Shown here: in pieces, positions 50,243 through 60,402 of the stretch | Layout: every line of letters begins with the position of its first letter | How positions within the stretch are numbered: position 1 is the stretch's first letter | Assembly: GCA_965223665.1 (NCBI GenBank) | Contig: OZ245011.1 | Span: 3,168,001-3,232,000, forward strand | Direction: 5' to 3' | Length of the DNA stretch: 64,000 bases | Origin: Nitrospinaceae bacterium | GTDB lineage: Bacteria > Nitrospinota > Nitrospinia > Nitrospinales > Nitrospinaceae | The notes under the pieces: model-generated | Database searches by the model: none | What the model was told of the DNA's origin: nothing | The model's input: only the letters and a program-made list of their open reading frames with translations | Translations under genes and position numbers: made by a program

Positions 50243-50797
50243 ATGAACCTTACGTTATTTACCAACAAACTAATTACAGAGTACCCGGTTTTACTCCAAC
50301 CTTCAAGTGGGGATGCTAAAAGCGCGGCGGTATTGGTAATTTTTTTTAATAAGCATAACAAGCTGCATTTATTGTTAATAAAGCGCTCCGATAGACTGAA
50401 TTTACATGCTGGAGAAATTTCTTTTCCAGGTGGAAAATTTGAAGTATCCGATGAAACATTAATGAATACGGCACTAAGAGAAACTCTGGAAGAAATAAAT
50501 TTAGCGGTAGAATCACAAAAAGTATTGGCCCAATTGCCGCAAGTGAAAACCAGAACGGGATTTCTTGTGAGTCCTTTCATTTGTTATTTAGAGCAATTGA
50601 CTCCTCTCAAAAGCAATCCACGGGAAGTTTCCGAAATTCTAGAGGCGCCATTGATACCCTTGTTAGCCACCCACCACCGAGATGTGGGGCACCAATCCTC
50701 TAAAGATATGGTGGCCTATTGGTATAAACATCATAGAATTTGGGGTGCCACCGCAAAAATTATCCATCAAATTGGGAAAATCACTTCTCTAATTTAA
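50243..50797 (+). CDS. Nudix CoA pyrophosphatase (NudL-like)
   Basis: LLIKRS..HAGEISFPGG, ALRETLEE and IWGATA. Confidence 0.88.
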   Translation: MNLTLFTNKLITEYPVLLQPSSGDAKSAAVLVIFFNKHNKLHLLLIKRSDRLNLHAGEISFPGGKFEVSDETLMNTALRETLEEINLAVESQKVLAQLPQVKTRTGFLVSPFICYLEQLTPLKSNPREVSEILEAPLIPLLATHHRDVGHQSSKDMVAYWYKHHRIWGATAKIIHQIGKITSLI

Positions 50798-50806
50798 AAA
50801 ATATGA

Positions 50807-51781
50807 ATGACAAATAATAATATGAAAGATATAAATTTACTTTTTCTTGCTCCGCATTGGCGAGTTTCCTTGATCCAGGCCTTCCAACAATCCTGGAAGC
50901 GATCTTCTCTATCAGGAAAATTGATAGGTGCTGATAGCGATCCCTATGCAGCGGGTCAAAAAGCTCTGGAGCAATTTTACCAAATTCCCCAATTTGAACA
51001 TCTGGATTGCAAACAATCCCTACTTGAAATTTGTAAAGTGGAATCTGTAGATGCCATTTTACCCTTAACAAATAAAGCTATTGAGTTCTTAGATAATCAT
51101 CGTGAATCATTTTCAAATAATAATTGTCGACTCTATATTCAAAGCTCTGAAACTATCCAAGTGTGCCACGATAAACTTTTGTTATTTAATTATTTAAAAA
51201 AAATAGGTTTGAAAACACCTCATTCTTTTTCTCTGAAAAATTTACCCGCATCCCTTTCCTTTCCTTTGGTTTTGAAGGATAGAAAAGGTGAGGGAGGGAA
51301 AAATGTCACTATTATTAAAAACTCTGAAGAATTTGATTTTTATAAAAAGTCTGTAAATGAAGAAATTTTTCAAGAAAAGCTGGAAGGACAGGAATTTAGT
51401 GTTGACTGGTACTCTAACCTGGAAGGGAAGCCATTAATTATTGTTCCTCGCGAACGAATAAAGGTCCGATCAGGAGAGGTGATGCAAAGTAAGATTCAGC
51501 TAAAAGAAGAAATAATTGACGCTGTTTCTCTTGTGGGGAAATATCTTAATTTAAAGGGGCCATGTACCTTACAGGGTTTTTTATCTGAGAGTGGTGATTT
51601 TTTTTTCACGGATATTAATTTGCGATTTGGGAGTGGCTATGTCCATACTTTGGCGGCAGGAGGAGATGTGCCCCTGATGATGTACCGAGAACTTTCCGGA
51701 GAAGAAAGCACCAATGCTTCAATTAAAATCAAAGAGGGTTCAATAATGACTCGTTTTTTAGATGCGTTTTTTATTCAATAA
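50807..51781 (+). CDS. ATP-grasp protein (carbamoyl-phosphate-synthase-like, stand-alone)
   Basis: CHDKL, FQEKLEGQEFSVD, VPRERIKVRSGE and DINLRFGSG; start may be 50822. Confidence 0.8.
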   Translation: MTNNNMKDINLLFLAPHWRVSLIQAFQQSWKRSSLSGKLIGADSDPYAAGQKALEQFYQIPQFEHLDCKQSLLEICKVESVDAILPLTNKAIEFLDNHRESFSNNNCRLYIQSSETIQVCHDKLLLFNYLKKIGLKTPHSFSLKNLPASLSFPLVLKDRKGEGGKNVTIIKNSEEFDFYKKSVNEEIFQEKLEGQEFSVDWYSNLEGKPLIIVPRERIKVRSGEVMQSKIQLKEEIIDAVSLVGKYLNLKGPCTLQGFLSESGDFFFTDINLRFGSGYVHTLAAGGDVPLMMYRELSGEESTNASIKIKEGSIMTRFLDAFFIQ

Positions 51782-51787
51782 ACCTGG

Positions 51788-51816
51788 TTTACAAACTGCC
51801 AATACAAGCCTATAGT
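51788..51816 (+). promoter_or_regulatory. Sigma70-type promoter of the pyrF operon
   Basis: TTTACA, 17-nt spacer, TATAGT. Confidence 0.55.
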
Positions 51817-51852
51817 GATTCGAAATAAATCCTTAAAAATTTTTTAAAAAAA

Positions 51853-52614
51853 ATGAGTTTTCCTATTCAAAATTTGCAAGCCAAAGATCGCTTAATTTTT
51901 GCCCTTGATACTCCCCATCTTGAAAGTGCTACCTATTATGTAAAAGTTTTAAACGGATTGGTGGGTGTATTTAAGGTGGGGCTGGAGTTATTTATCAAGG
52001 AAGGGCCAATAATTTTGCAGATGATAAAAGAAAACAGTGATGCAAAAATTTTTCTTGATCTCAAATTGCATGATATCCCTGCTACCGTTCGAGGAGGTCT
52101 TCGTTCAGCCGTAGATCATGAAATTGAGTTTATCACTGTCCATTGTTCCGGTGGAGAAGCTATGTTGAGAACTAGCCAGCAGGCTTTGGATAATTTGAAA
52201 GTGTTGGGCGTTACCGTTCTGACAAATCTTAATAAAAATGACCTTAGTGAGGAACAAGGATATAGAAGTAATATAAATACGAAAGACTTGGTAATGGCTC
52301 GAGCACATTTAGCTAAACAATGCGGGTGTTCTGGTATTGTTTGCTCTGGAGAAGAAGTGGGTGAGGTGAAGCGACGTTTTGGTAAAGATTTTTTAACAGT
52401 TGTGCCCGGTATACGTCCTCAATGGAGCGTTGTTGAAAAAGATGATCAAAGTCGAATAGTAACTCCTGAATCTGCAATTCAACTTGGTGCAGATTATTTA
52501 GTGGTAGGTCGTCCTATTAGAGATGCATCCGACCCAGGGGTTGCAGCGAAAAAAGTGGTCAAAGAAATTTTCGAAGCTTTAAAAACTTTTAGGAACAGTG
52601 AACTTCCTCATTAA
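51853..52614 (+). CDS. pyrF: Orotidine-5'-phosphate decarboxylase
   Basis: FKVGLEL, FLDLKLHDIPATV, VPGIR, DDQSR and VVGRPI. Confidence 0.97.
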   Translation: MSFPIQNLQAKDRLIFALDTPHLESATYYVKVLNGLVGVFKVGLELFIKEGPIILQMIKENSDAKIFLDLKLHDIPATVRGGLRSAVDHEIEFITVHCSGGEAMLRTSQQALDNLKVLGVTVLTNLNKNDLSEEQGYRSNINTKDLVMARAHLAKQCGCSGIVCSGEEVGEVKRRFGKDFLTVVPGIRPQWSVVEKDDQSRIVTPESAIQLGADYLVVGRPIRDASDPGVAAKKVVKEIFEALKTFRNSELPH

Positions 52615-52620
52615 AACTAA

Positions 52621-53076
52621 ATGATTACATTGATAAACTTTATACATTTGTTGGCTTTGGTATGTTGGATTGGAAGTATAATCTTTTTTTCTTTTTTTGT
52701 AGCGCCTTCGGTATTTAAAGTTTTAGAACGTAAACAAGCTGGTGAAGTGATTGGAAGTGTTTTCCCTAAGTATTATGGGTTGGGTTATGTCTGCTGCCTA
52801 TTAGCCGTTGCCACTTTATTAATGAGTCCCAGGGGTTCGGTTGGTTTGCGTTTGCCCTTTTTAGTTATTATGGCTGCTTGTACTTTTTATGCAGGAATGG
52901 TGATTAACCCTCAAGCACGCAAAATTAAACAACAATTGTTGGAACAACCTGAAAATAAACAAGCCTTAGAACTTCAATTTAAAAATCTGCATGGCTGGTC
53001 AGTTAGGCTTAATAGTTCTGTGCTAATTTTTGGATTGGGATTGTTATGGATAACTGCAATGGGCATCCAGATTTAA
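52621..53076 (+). CDS. DUF4149-family membrane protein
   Basis: Four TM helices, FFVAPSVF, FPKYY and FKNLHGWS. Confidence 0.8.
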   Translation: MITLINFIHLLALVCWIGSIIFFSFFVAPSVFKVLERKQAGEVIGSVFPKYYGLGYVCCLLAVATLLMSPRGSVGLRLPFLVIMAACTFYAGMVINPQARKIKQQLLEQPENKQALELQFKNLHGWSVRLNSSVLIFGLGLLWITAMGIQI

Positions 53077-53086
53077 TTGACCCACC

Positions 53087-54247
53087 ATGAGTATTTCAAG
53101 GTCTTATAGACCATTTTATACAAAGACTTCATTTATTTTATCCATACTCTTAGCAGGGATAATATACAGCTATGGTTGGAAAGTTACTCAAATCGATCTT
53201 GGAGAATTAATCCGTGATGTTCACCTGGTTCGTCCTTTAATTTCGGCTTTGATACAACCGGACTTGATTTCATGGGAGACGAAATCAACATCGGTTGAAA
53301 CTACATTCTATATTGATGAATCTACAAATGAAAAGCCGCTCCCACTCGAAAAAAAATCATTAGAACCTCAATTAAAATTATCTAAAATGAAGGGTAAGGT
53401 TGGGGATGAAATATCCATTGAAGGGTTTAATTTAAAACCTTCAAGCAATGGAAGTTTATTTTGGGTTAATTCTATTGAACAAGAATTTCCACTGGGTTCA
53501 TTTACCACAAATTCAGAGGGGTATTTTTTAATTAAGTCGCAGGTTCCTCCTTCAGCTCGAGGGGATCAGCAGTGGGTTCGTGCCGTTATGTCATGGCGAA
53601 CCGGGGGTTGGAAATTCAGCCATACTTTAAAGTTAACAATTGAAAAAATTATCGAAACTATTTTTTTGGGTTTGATGGCAACTTCTATGGCTGTAATTTT
53701 AGCTGGACCATTGAGTTTTTTTGGGGCTCGAAATTTAATGTTTCGAAACAGGGTTACTGCTGCATTTTATTATTTAGTTAGAACTATCTTTAATGTGCTT
53801 CGTTCCATTGAACCTCTCATTATGGCAATCATTTTTGCGGTTTGGGTAGGAATTGGTCCATTTGCAGGGGTTTTAGCGTTGGGAATCCATTCAACTGCTG
53901 CTCTAGGTAAGCTTTTTTCTGAGCAAATTGAAAGTATTGATTCTGGGTTGGTAGAGGCAATCAAAGCAACGGGAGCTTCACCGCTTCAGATTATTTTGTA
54001 TGGAGTGGTTCCACAGGTAATTCCCCAATTCTTGGCTTTAACATTTTATCGTTGGGATATTAATGTGAGGATGTCTACGATAATTGGGTTTGTAGGTGGG
54101 GGAGGCATTGGGTTTCTACTCCAACAATGGATCAACCTCTTAAAATATAATCAAGCTGGAACAGCGCTATTAGCAATTGCACTTGTAGTTATAACACTTG
54201 ATGTTATTAGTGCAAAGATAAGAGCAAAAATACTAAACCCCAATTAG
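53087..54247 (+). CDS. phnE: Phosphate/phosphonate ABC permease PhnE with large extracytoplasmic insert
   Basis: RSIEPLI, GKLFSEQIE, EAA-loop VEAIKATGA and WDINVRMSTIIGFVGGGGIG. Confidence 0.88.
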   Translation: MSISRSYRPFYTKTSFILSILLAGIIYSYGWKVTQIDLGELIRDVHLVRPLISALIQPDLISWETKSTSVETTFYIDESTNEKPLPLEKKSLEPQLKLSKMKGKVGDEISIEGFNLKPSSNGSLFWVNSIEQEFPLGSFTTNSEGYFLIKSQVPPSARGDQQWVRAVMSWRTGGWKFSHTLKLTIEKIIETIFLGLMATSMAVILAGPLSFFGARNLMFRNRVTAAFYYLVRTIFNVLRSIEPLIMAIIFAVWVGIGPFAGVLALGIHSTAALGKLFSEQIESIDSGLVEAIKATGASPLQIILYGVVPQVIPQFLALTFYRWDINVRMSTIIGFVGGGGIGFLLQQWINLLKYNQAGTALLAIALVVITLDVISAKIRAKILNPN

Positions 54248-54279
54248 AAAATTGTAGATTAAATAAATGAAATTATCAG

Positions 54280-55113
54280 CTACCAAAGAGGTTTGCTTTT
54301 TTTCTTTGGTTTAGTTTTTTTTACTTCTTGAGACGGGTAGGAACTGGTTGGGTTTTCTACCGTTTGAATCAAGGGGCTTTGAGACTGGTACTTATCTAAC
54401 TTAGCCATTGAACCCGGGTACAACTCTTTAGAGGCTGGGGTCATTCGATTAAAATCCCGCATAAATCGCTTCGATGATTCTGGCAATCTTCTTAAGGTTT
54501 TGGTGATCATTATTTCTTTTGGAGTTAATTCGCTCCGATAATACTCATTATTTAAATCATAATGAGGCTTGATGACCGTTCCTTTTAAGGAAATTCCAAG
54601 AAAAATACCCTTACTTTTCGAATAAGAATAAACATCACCTTGTAATAAAATATCCAATCCAATTTCCGCATGTCTTCCAACGGGCCCTGCTGTAACGGCA
54701 AGGTCGCTTCCTAAAGTAAATTGATTTTTTAAAAGACCATTTACACCGCGTTCAGTCATAACTAATAGCACTAAATCTATTGCTTGAGCTCCGGCCTGAA
54801 ATCCTACACTTCCCCCCAAGGTCGTAAAAAATGAAGGTGGGCCCCATTTCCCTGTTTCAGGATGACGCACAGTTGCAACACCCTTTCCATAACGGACGGC
54901 CCCAATAAATCCTGCTTTTAACATTGCAGGAAAAACTAAAATTGCCTTTGCTTGGGAAGTTAACCTTTGTGGAATTTCTAAATCTGGAATACTTAAGATT
55001 TCTTCTAATACTTCAGTGGAATCTTTCAATAAGTTATGTTGTTTAGTTATTTCTGCAAAGGCACTATTGGAAAAGACCAAGCAAAAAATAATGAGAGACG
55101 ATAAAAATTTCAT
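54280..55113 (-). CDS. Exported YSC84/SYLF lipid-binding domain protein
   Basis: KAGFIG..YGKG, GGSVGFQAG, AGPVGR and YSYSKSKGIFLGISLKG; start at ATG 55113. Confidence 0.88.
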   Translation of the reverse strand: MKFLSSLIIFCLVFSNSAFAEITKQHNLLKDSTEVLEEILSIPDLEIPQRLTSQAKAILVFPAMLKAGFIGAVRYGKGVATVRHPETGKWGPPSFFTTLGGSVGFQAGAQAIDLVLLVMTERGVNGLLKNQFTLGSDLAVTAGPVGRHAEIGLDILLQGDVYSYSKSKGIFLGISLKGTVIKPHYDLNNEYYRSELTPKEIMITKTLRRLPESSKRFMRDFNRMTPASKELYPGSMAKLDKYQSQSPLIQTVENPTSSYPSQEVKKTKPKKKSKPLW

Positions 55114-55433
55114 GGGGCTCTCCTTAATAGAGAAAATTTTATTGGGCAAATTCAATTTGCGCTTAGTTCAAAAAAGTCAGGGATTCTGGAGCTAAGAATC
55201 AAATTTATGTTATAACAAATTATTAAATTAATACAATAAGTTATAGAGAGTTTGGCAGCTTAAGTTAATGCACCCAACATCAATGGGTTACTAATATTTT
55301 AAAAGTATTTTTTTGAAAAAAGCTATTAAAATCGAATTTTATTTTTGCCTAACTTTGCAAATTTCAGAGAAATCCCGCTATTTGTTGTAAAAATACTTTA
55401 CCCCTAAATGAATCCCACCTAGTATTCATATTT

Positions 55434-57392
55434 ATGGAAGCAATGACTATTCAAAAATATTTTGATTCTGGTGGAAAATTATCGCAAAAGCTCCCTGGAT
55501 ATGAACATCGACCGCAACAAATTGAAATGGCGGCACAAGTTGCAGATTCGTTAGAAAAATCTAAACATTTAATGGTGGAAGCAGGGACCGGGACAGGTAA
55601 AAGTTTGGCTTATCTTATTCCCTCAGTTTTATGGGCATTGGAAAATAATAAACGCGTTGTTATTTCCACTTACACTAAGACTTTGCAGGAACAAATCATA
55701 AATCAAGACATCCCCTTTATTAACAGGACTCTTGGAATTCCATTTCGGTTTTCATTATGTCTGGGAAATGAAAACTATCTTTCCTTGCGTCGAATGAAAA
55801 GAGCATCGCAAACTAATTTATTTAATGAGATTGAAGCCGAGGAACAATGGAACGAAATTTTTGAGTGGTCTCAATCTACTATAACAGGAATAAGAAGTGA
55901 TTTGCCTTTCGAACCTTTTTCTTCAGTTTGGGATGAGGTGGGTCGGAATAAAGATCTATGTATGGGGAAAAATTGTGAAACTTATGACCAATGCTTTTAT
56001 TTTAAAGAAAGAAGACGTTGGTACGGTGCTCAACTACTTATAGTCAATCACCACTTATTTTTTGCAAATGTTGCAAACAATGGAGCTGTTTTGCCACGAT
56101 ATGATGCGGTAATATTTGATGAGGCGCAAAACCTTGAGGAAGCCGCAACATCCTTTTTGGGATTAGAAATTTCTAATTCCAGTTTGTTTTACTTTTTAGA
56201 TCGATTTTACAACCCCAGAACGAGACGAGGTTCCTTAACCCGTCTTCCATCAGAACTTACCCACGGTATAAAAATACAAGTTACTAAGGTCAGAGCTGCA
56301 GTAGAGGCTTTTTTCCAAAATGTGCTAGACGAATATGGATTACAAGATAGAAGCCTGAGGTTTTACAATCCTCCAGCTATCAATAATAATTTGTTTATTC
56401 CAATGCAAGATCTTCATGAAATGTTAAAAACGCTAACTAATCAATTAGTGGAGGAAGAATATTTAGAAATTAATGCAGCGGCAAATCGAGTTTTTGAGTT
56501 TAATAATGCCTTGTCAGCTTTATTGAACCAAAATCTTCCTGGATATGTTTATTGGTTGGAAATTAATAGAAAGAAACGTTTTATACGTGCATCCCTTCGC
56601 GGAGTACCAGTAAATATTGAAGATGAATTACGTGAGCAAGTATTTAAAAAAACGGATCGAATAGTTTTAACCTCAGCCACTTTATCAACTAATCAAGATT
56701 TTTCCTATATTAAAAAACGATTAGGATTTGAGCCTGCTGAGGAATCTATTTTAGACTCCCCTTTTCAATATGCAAAACAAGCGTTACTTTATTTGCCAAA
56801 AGATTTACCCGAGCCAAATGAAACGATGGACATTTATATTAAATCTCTTTCAAATCGATGTCTGGAATTAATTAATGCTACAGAAGGAAAAACGTTTATT
56901 CTATTCACAAGTTATGACACTTTAAATCGAGTTTTTCAAAAGTTAGATCCCCAAATACAAAAGTATCAATTATTAAAACAGGGAGAATTATCTCCCACCC
57001 GAATGATAGAAAAATTCAAGGAAAAGCCCTCGATTATATTTGGAACTAATTCTTTTTGGCAGGGGGTTGACATTCCTGGGGAAGCTTTATCAAGCGTCAT
57101 TATTACCAAATTGCCTTTCGATGTTCCTTCAGAACCTTTAATAGAGGCTCGTATTGAAGATTTAAAAAAACGATCTATTAATCCCTTTCGGCATTTCCAG
57201 ATGCCGCGAGCAATAATTCAGTTACGTCAGGGCTTTGGGCGGTTGATCCGTACTTGTAATGATAAAGGTATAGTTTCGATATTAGACTCCCGATTGGTCA
57301 ATAAAGGGTATGGAAAGCAATTCATTGAATCACTCCCACCCGTCAACCAAACTTCGTCAATCGATGATATTAAAGAGTTCTTAATAAAATAA
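55434..57392 (+). CDS. DinG/YoaA-family ATP-dependent helicase
   Basis: Q-motif RPQQ, EAGTGTGKS, NHHLFF, DEAQ, SAT, FWQGVD and QGFGRLIR; Cys cluster CxxxxCxxxxxC. Confidence 0.92.
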   Translation: MEAMTIQKYFDSGGKLSQKLPGYEHRPQQIEMAAQVADSLEKSKHLMVEAGTGTGKSLAYLIPSVLWALENNKRVVISTYTKTLQEQIINQDIPFINRTLGIPFRFSLCLGNENYLSLRRMKRASQTNLFNEIEAEEQWNEIFEWSQSTITGIRSDLPFEPFSSVWDEVGRNKDLCMGKNCETYDQCFYFKERRRWYGAQLLIVNHHLFFANVANNGAVLPRYDAVIFDEAQNLEEAATSFLGLEISNSSLFYFLDRFYNPRTRRGSLTRLPSELTHGIKIQVTKVRAAVEAFFQNVLDEYGLQDRSLRFYNPPAINNNLFIPMQDLHEMLKTLTNQLVEEEYLEINAAANRVFEFNNALSALLNQNLPGYVYWLEINRKKRFIRASLRGVPVNIEDELREQVFKKTDRIVLTSATLSTNQDFSYIKKRLGFEPAEESILDSPFQYAKQALLYLPKDLPEPNETMDIYIKSLSNRCLELINATEGKTFILFTSYDTLNRVFQKLDPQIQKYQLLKQGELSPTRMIEKFKEKPSIIFGTNSFWQGVDIPGEALSSVIITKLPFDVPSEPLIEARIEDLKKRSINPFRHFQMPRAIIQLRQGFGRLIRTCNDKGIVSILDSRLVNKGYGKQFIESLPPVNQTSSIDDIKEFLIK

Positions 57393-57417
57393 ATTTATAC
57401 TTGGAGTTTTGCTCAAA

Positions 57418-60378
57418 TTACGATGGAGGTATAGGAGCTGTCGAACTTTCTGACTTAGATTTTTTACTTTTCTCTTTTTTGGATTGAGAAGACAGAATAG
57501 AATTTTTTTCTGTTAACTTGGGTGTAGTTGGATCGATGCTTAATTCGCCGGTTATTTTCTTAAACCAATTAGAATTTCTAACAGAAGCAAACTTTTCTTC
57601 TTTTTTTAGCTGTGAGGTTGGAGGCAAAGTTCCTTGTTCTTTACATTTTTTTAACCATTCACGACAACTCGATTCGTTACCCAATTGAGCCATTAACTTA
57701 GCTAAACTAAAGGAAGCAATTCCAGGTTGAAGATCCTCAGCTTGTTGAAGTTTACCTTTTGCCTCAGCCAATAAAGGATGTGCATTTATCCCACGTTTAG
57801 TGGACGCTTGTTCCATTAAAGCGTCTGCCATAAATGTAAGAGCCTCAGGTATATCTTCACGAATATCAAGAGCGGATTGAAAATTATCTAATGCCTGGTT
57901 TAATAAAGAATCTGCCTTTTTCCCAGATTCTTTCTTAGATTTATTTAATAGAATTTCACCCCAATAAGTTAAGGCTAATGGATCGTTGGGTTGAGATTTG
58001 ATTACGGTCTTATATTTTTCTTCGGCTTGTTTAACAAGGGATTCCTTTTCTTCATTATTTAAAAATTGGGACATCTTATAAATAGCGTTTCCCCAAAGAG
58101 TCATTGCGTTCAAATGATCTGGGCTTACTTTTAAAGCTGATTTGCATTTTTCTATAACAGCTTCTAATAAAGGAGTGGCCTCCTCCTGTTCCTTGTTTTG
58201 GGCCTGTTGAAAATAAACCTGTCCCAAATATGTCAAAGCTTCATGATTGGCTTTTTCAGATTTAACGGCTTCTTTAAAATAATGTTCTGCACTGCCAAGA
58301 AGAGCTTCAGCTTCTATTCCACTTTTAGTTTTCCCTAATTGGAAATAAACATTACCGAGACGAATTTGGGCGTCATAATTTTTTGGATTGGTTTTTAAAG
58401 CTGTTTTAAATTGATCTGCAGCTTGGTTTAGGAGCTTGGATTCGGCGTCTCCCTTTCTCCTCAGAGCCATATTAAAAAGGCCGTTTCCCCATCTATAGTG
58501 AACACGATGGTTCCCGGGTTTTAGTTCAATTACTTTTTCAAATTTTTTCCGGGCCAACCCAAAAAGTTCTTTGCTGACATTATCATTTCGTAACATGCTG
58601 CGTTCCAATAATGCGTCGGCCCAACCAAGATAAGCTTCCGGCGTATTAGGGTTTAACTTTGTAGCCCATTGAAATTTTTCTGCAGCAATTGATAACATAC
58701 GATCTGCTTCCTCGCCCTTTTTTACACGAGAAAACTTTAATAGGGATTGACCCATTGGAATAAGGGCATCAATTCGGTTGGGTTGCTTTTTTAACACCAG
58801 TTGGAATTTTTCGGCAGCCTGTCCATAAAAGCGTAAAGCTTCTGAACCTTTTTTACGCTTTGCCATTGAATATAATGCAATGGCACACCCAAAAGCTGCT
58901 TCGGCATCATCAGGGTTTTGTTTCAATGCTGATTGTAAATTCTCAACAGCATCACCATAAAGAGAGGCATTTTCATCTTCGACGAGATTTGCTTTTTCGA
59001 CGTAAATTAAACCGAGGTGCATTTTCGCATCTTCATGTTCTGGAATTAATGAAAGCACTTTATTGAAATTTTTTTCCGCTAATTTTAGATATTTTTCTTT
59101 TTCTTCTGCTGAACTATGCTCCATTCTTTTGAAGTAAACCTTGCCGAGGTTAGAATATATTTCAGAATTTTCAGATTTTATTTCTAAGGCTAAGTTAAAG
59201 TTAGTTTCTGCTTTTTCTAAAAGTGGATTCATCTTTTCAATTGAAGATTCTATTGAATTGTTCAAATGGGATTCTCCAACCGTTAAATAAGCCCATGTAA
59301 GCAAACTTGCTAATTGAGGAGTAGGAGTGAGATCATACTGTTTGCGTTGTTCTAAAACTTTTTCAGGATCACCTGCCATGAAGCTAAATCGAGCATTTTT
59401 AATGGCTTCAACAAGATCTTGGTTTTCAGAATCAAAGCTAACCTTTTCAAAGTTTAAATCTTTTGCTTTTTGCTCTCCTTCATACTTGTGAATTGTATCC
59501 TCAATTTGTTTCAGAGCGATGTCAGTTACCTTGATTTCTTCATTTTCATAATTGGAAGGATAAGCAGCAGCAGATTGAATCACCTCACCTAGAAAGGAAA
59601 ATGGATTTGCTATAAACTCAGGAACTGGTAAAGTCAATTCTTGTGCTAAAGATGTAAAAAATTTATCAGGATCTGCATAGATAATTTTTGCATCTTTTGA
59701 AATAAAACTAATTTTTTCTTCCATCGATTTAGAAAGGCGAGACGTATCTGAATGCACCCAGAATAATCCTTGATCAATACCCTCTGAACCTCTTATCAAA
59801 TGTTTTAGAATTAGGTCGTCTTCTTCAGGATAAAATCCTACAACTACCCAAGGGCCTTGAGAACAAGCCTTATTAAATAGACTTTCCCAGGAACCCTGAC
59901 CTGCTCCCAGGGTTTGACCCCGCAAATAGTAAATGGCTTTAGAGGATACCCAATCGGGTTTTATCAGAGTACCGGCTGCGCAATCATATATGGAAGGAAA
60001 CTCTTTAAATAGCGAACAAGCTCTAACCAATAGGGAATCTATTGAAGTTGTCATAACTTGTTTAAAATAATCTTGGGAAATCATTTGGGCGGCGTATATG
60101 TTAGCCCAATTTAATTTAGCGTTTTTTTCAAAGTCACCCAACAAGGTTTCATTTTCCAATTGGGTGAGTTGCTCAACACAACTTTTTAAATCTTTTGTTT
60201 CGGCTCTCTTATAAGCTTTAGGATATTTATCTTTTATTAAACCAACAAATTCGTTAGTGGATGGGATTCCTGCTTTTGCGGAACAACTCTCCCCCAAAAA
60301 TAATGTGGCTGCTTTGCCATTGTTTTTATTCTCTTTTAAAAGAGATATTAATTGATTTAAATTTTCCTGAAAACTCAT
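57418..60378 (-). CDS. Degenerate SIR2-like domain fused to a long TPR array
   Basis: LFLGESCS..AGIP, NWAN, VMTTSID, YLRG, VVVGF and GLFWV occur in SIR2_2 order; followed by more than 10 TPR-like repeats and a capping helix. Confidence 0.78.
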   Translation of the reverse strand: MSFQENLNQLISLLKENKNNGKAATLFLGESCSAKAGIPSTNEFVGLIKDKYPKAYKRAETKDLKSCVEQLTQLENETLLGDFEKNAKLNWANIYAAQMISQDYFKQVMTTSIDSLLVRACSLFKEFPSIYDCAAGTLIKPDWVSSKAIYYLRGQTLGAGQGSWESLFNKACSQGPWVVVGFYPEEDDLILKHLIRGSEGIDQGLFWVHSDTSRLSKSMEEKISFISKDAKIIYADPDKFFTSLAQELTLPVPEFIANPFSFLGEVIQSAAAYPSNYENEEIKVTDIALKQIEDTIHKYEGEQKAKDLNFEKVSFDSENQDLVEAIKNARFSFMAGDPEKVLEQRKQYDLTPTPQLASLLTWAYLTVGESHLNNSIESSIEKMNPLLEKAETNFNLALEIKSENSEIYSNLGKVYFKRMEHSSAEEKEKYLKLAEKNFNKVLSLIPEHEDAKMHLGLIYVEKANLVEDENASLYGDAVENLQSALKQNPDDAEAAFGCAIALYSMAKRKKGSEALRFYGQAAEKFQLVLKKQPNRIDALIPMGQSLLKFSRVKKGEEADRMLSIAAEKFQWATKLNPNTPEAYLGWADALLERSMLRNDNVSKELFGLARKKFEKVIELKPGNHRVHYRWGNGLFNMALRRKGDAESKLLNQAADQFKTALKTNPKNYDAQIRLGNVYFQLGKTKSGIEAEALLGSAEHYFKEAVKSEKANHEALTYLGQVYFQQAQNKEQEEATPLLEAVIEKCKSALKVSPDHLNAMTLWGNAIYKMSQFLNNEEKESLVKQAEEKYKTVIKSQPNDPLALTYWGEILLNKSKKESGKKADSLLNQALDNFQSALDIREDIPEALTFMADALMEQASTKRGINAHPLLAEAKGKLQQAEDLQPGIASFSLAKLMAQLGNESSCREWLKKCKEQGTLPPTSQLKKEEKFASVRNSNWFKKITGELSIDPTTPKLTEKNSILSSQSKKEKSKKSKSESSTAPIPPS

Positions 60379-60402
60379 CTAACACTCGATTGATAAAAAA
60401 AT

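Noticed and set aside
55434-60378. DinG plus SIR2-TPR as an anti-phage system or type IV CRISPR locus
   Set aside because: The genes are convergent, there are no cas genes or array, and DinG looks like the housekeeping type.
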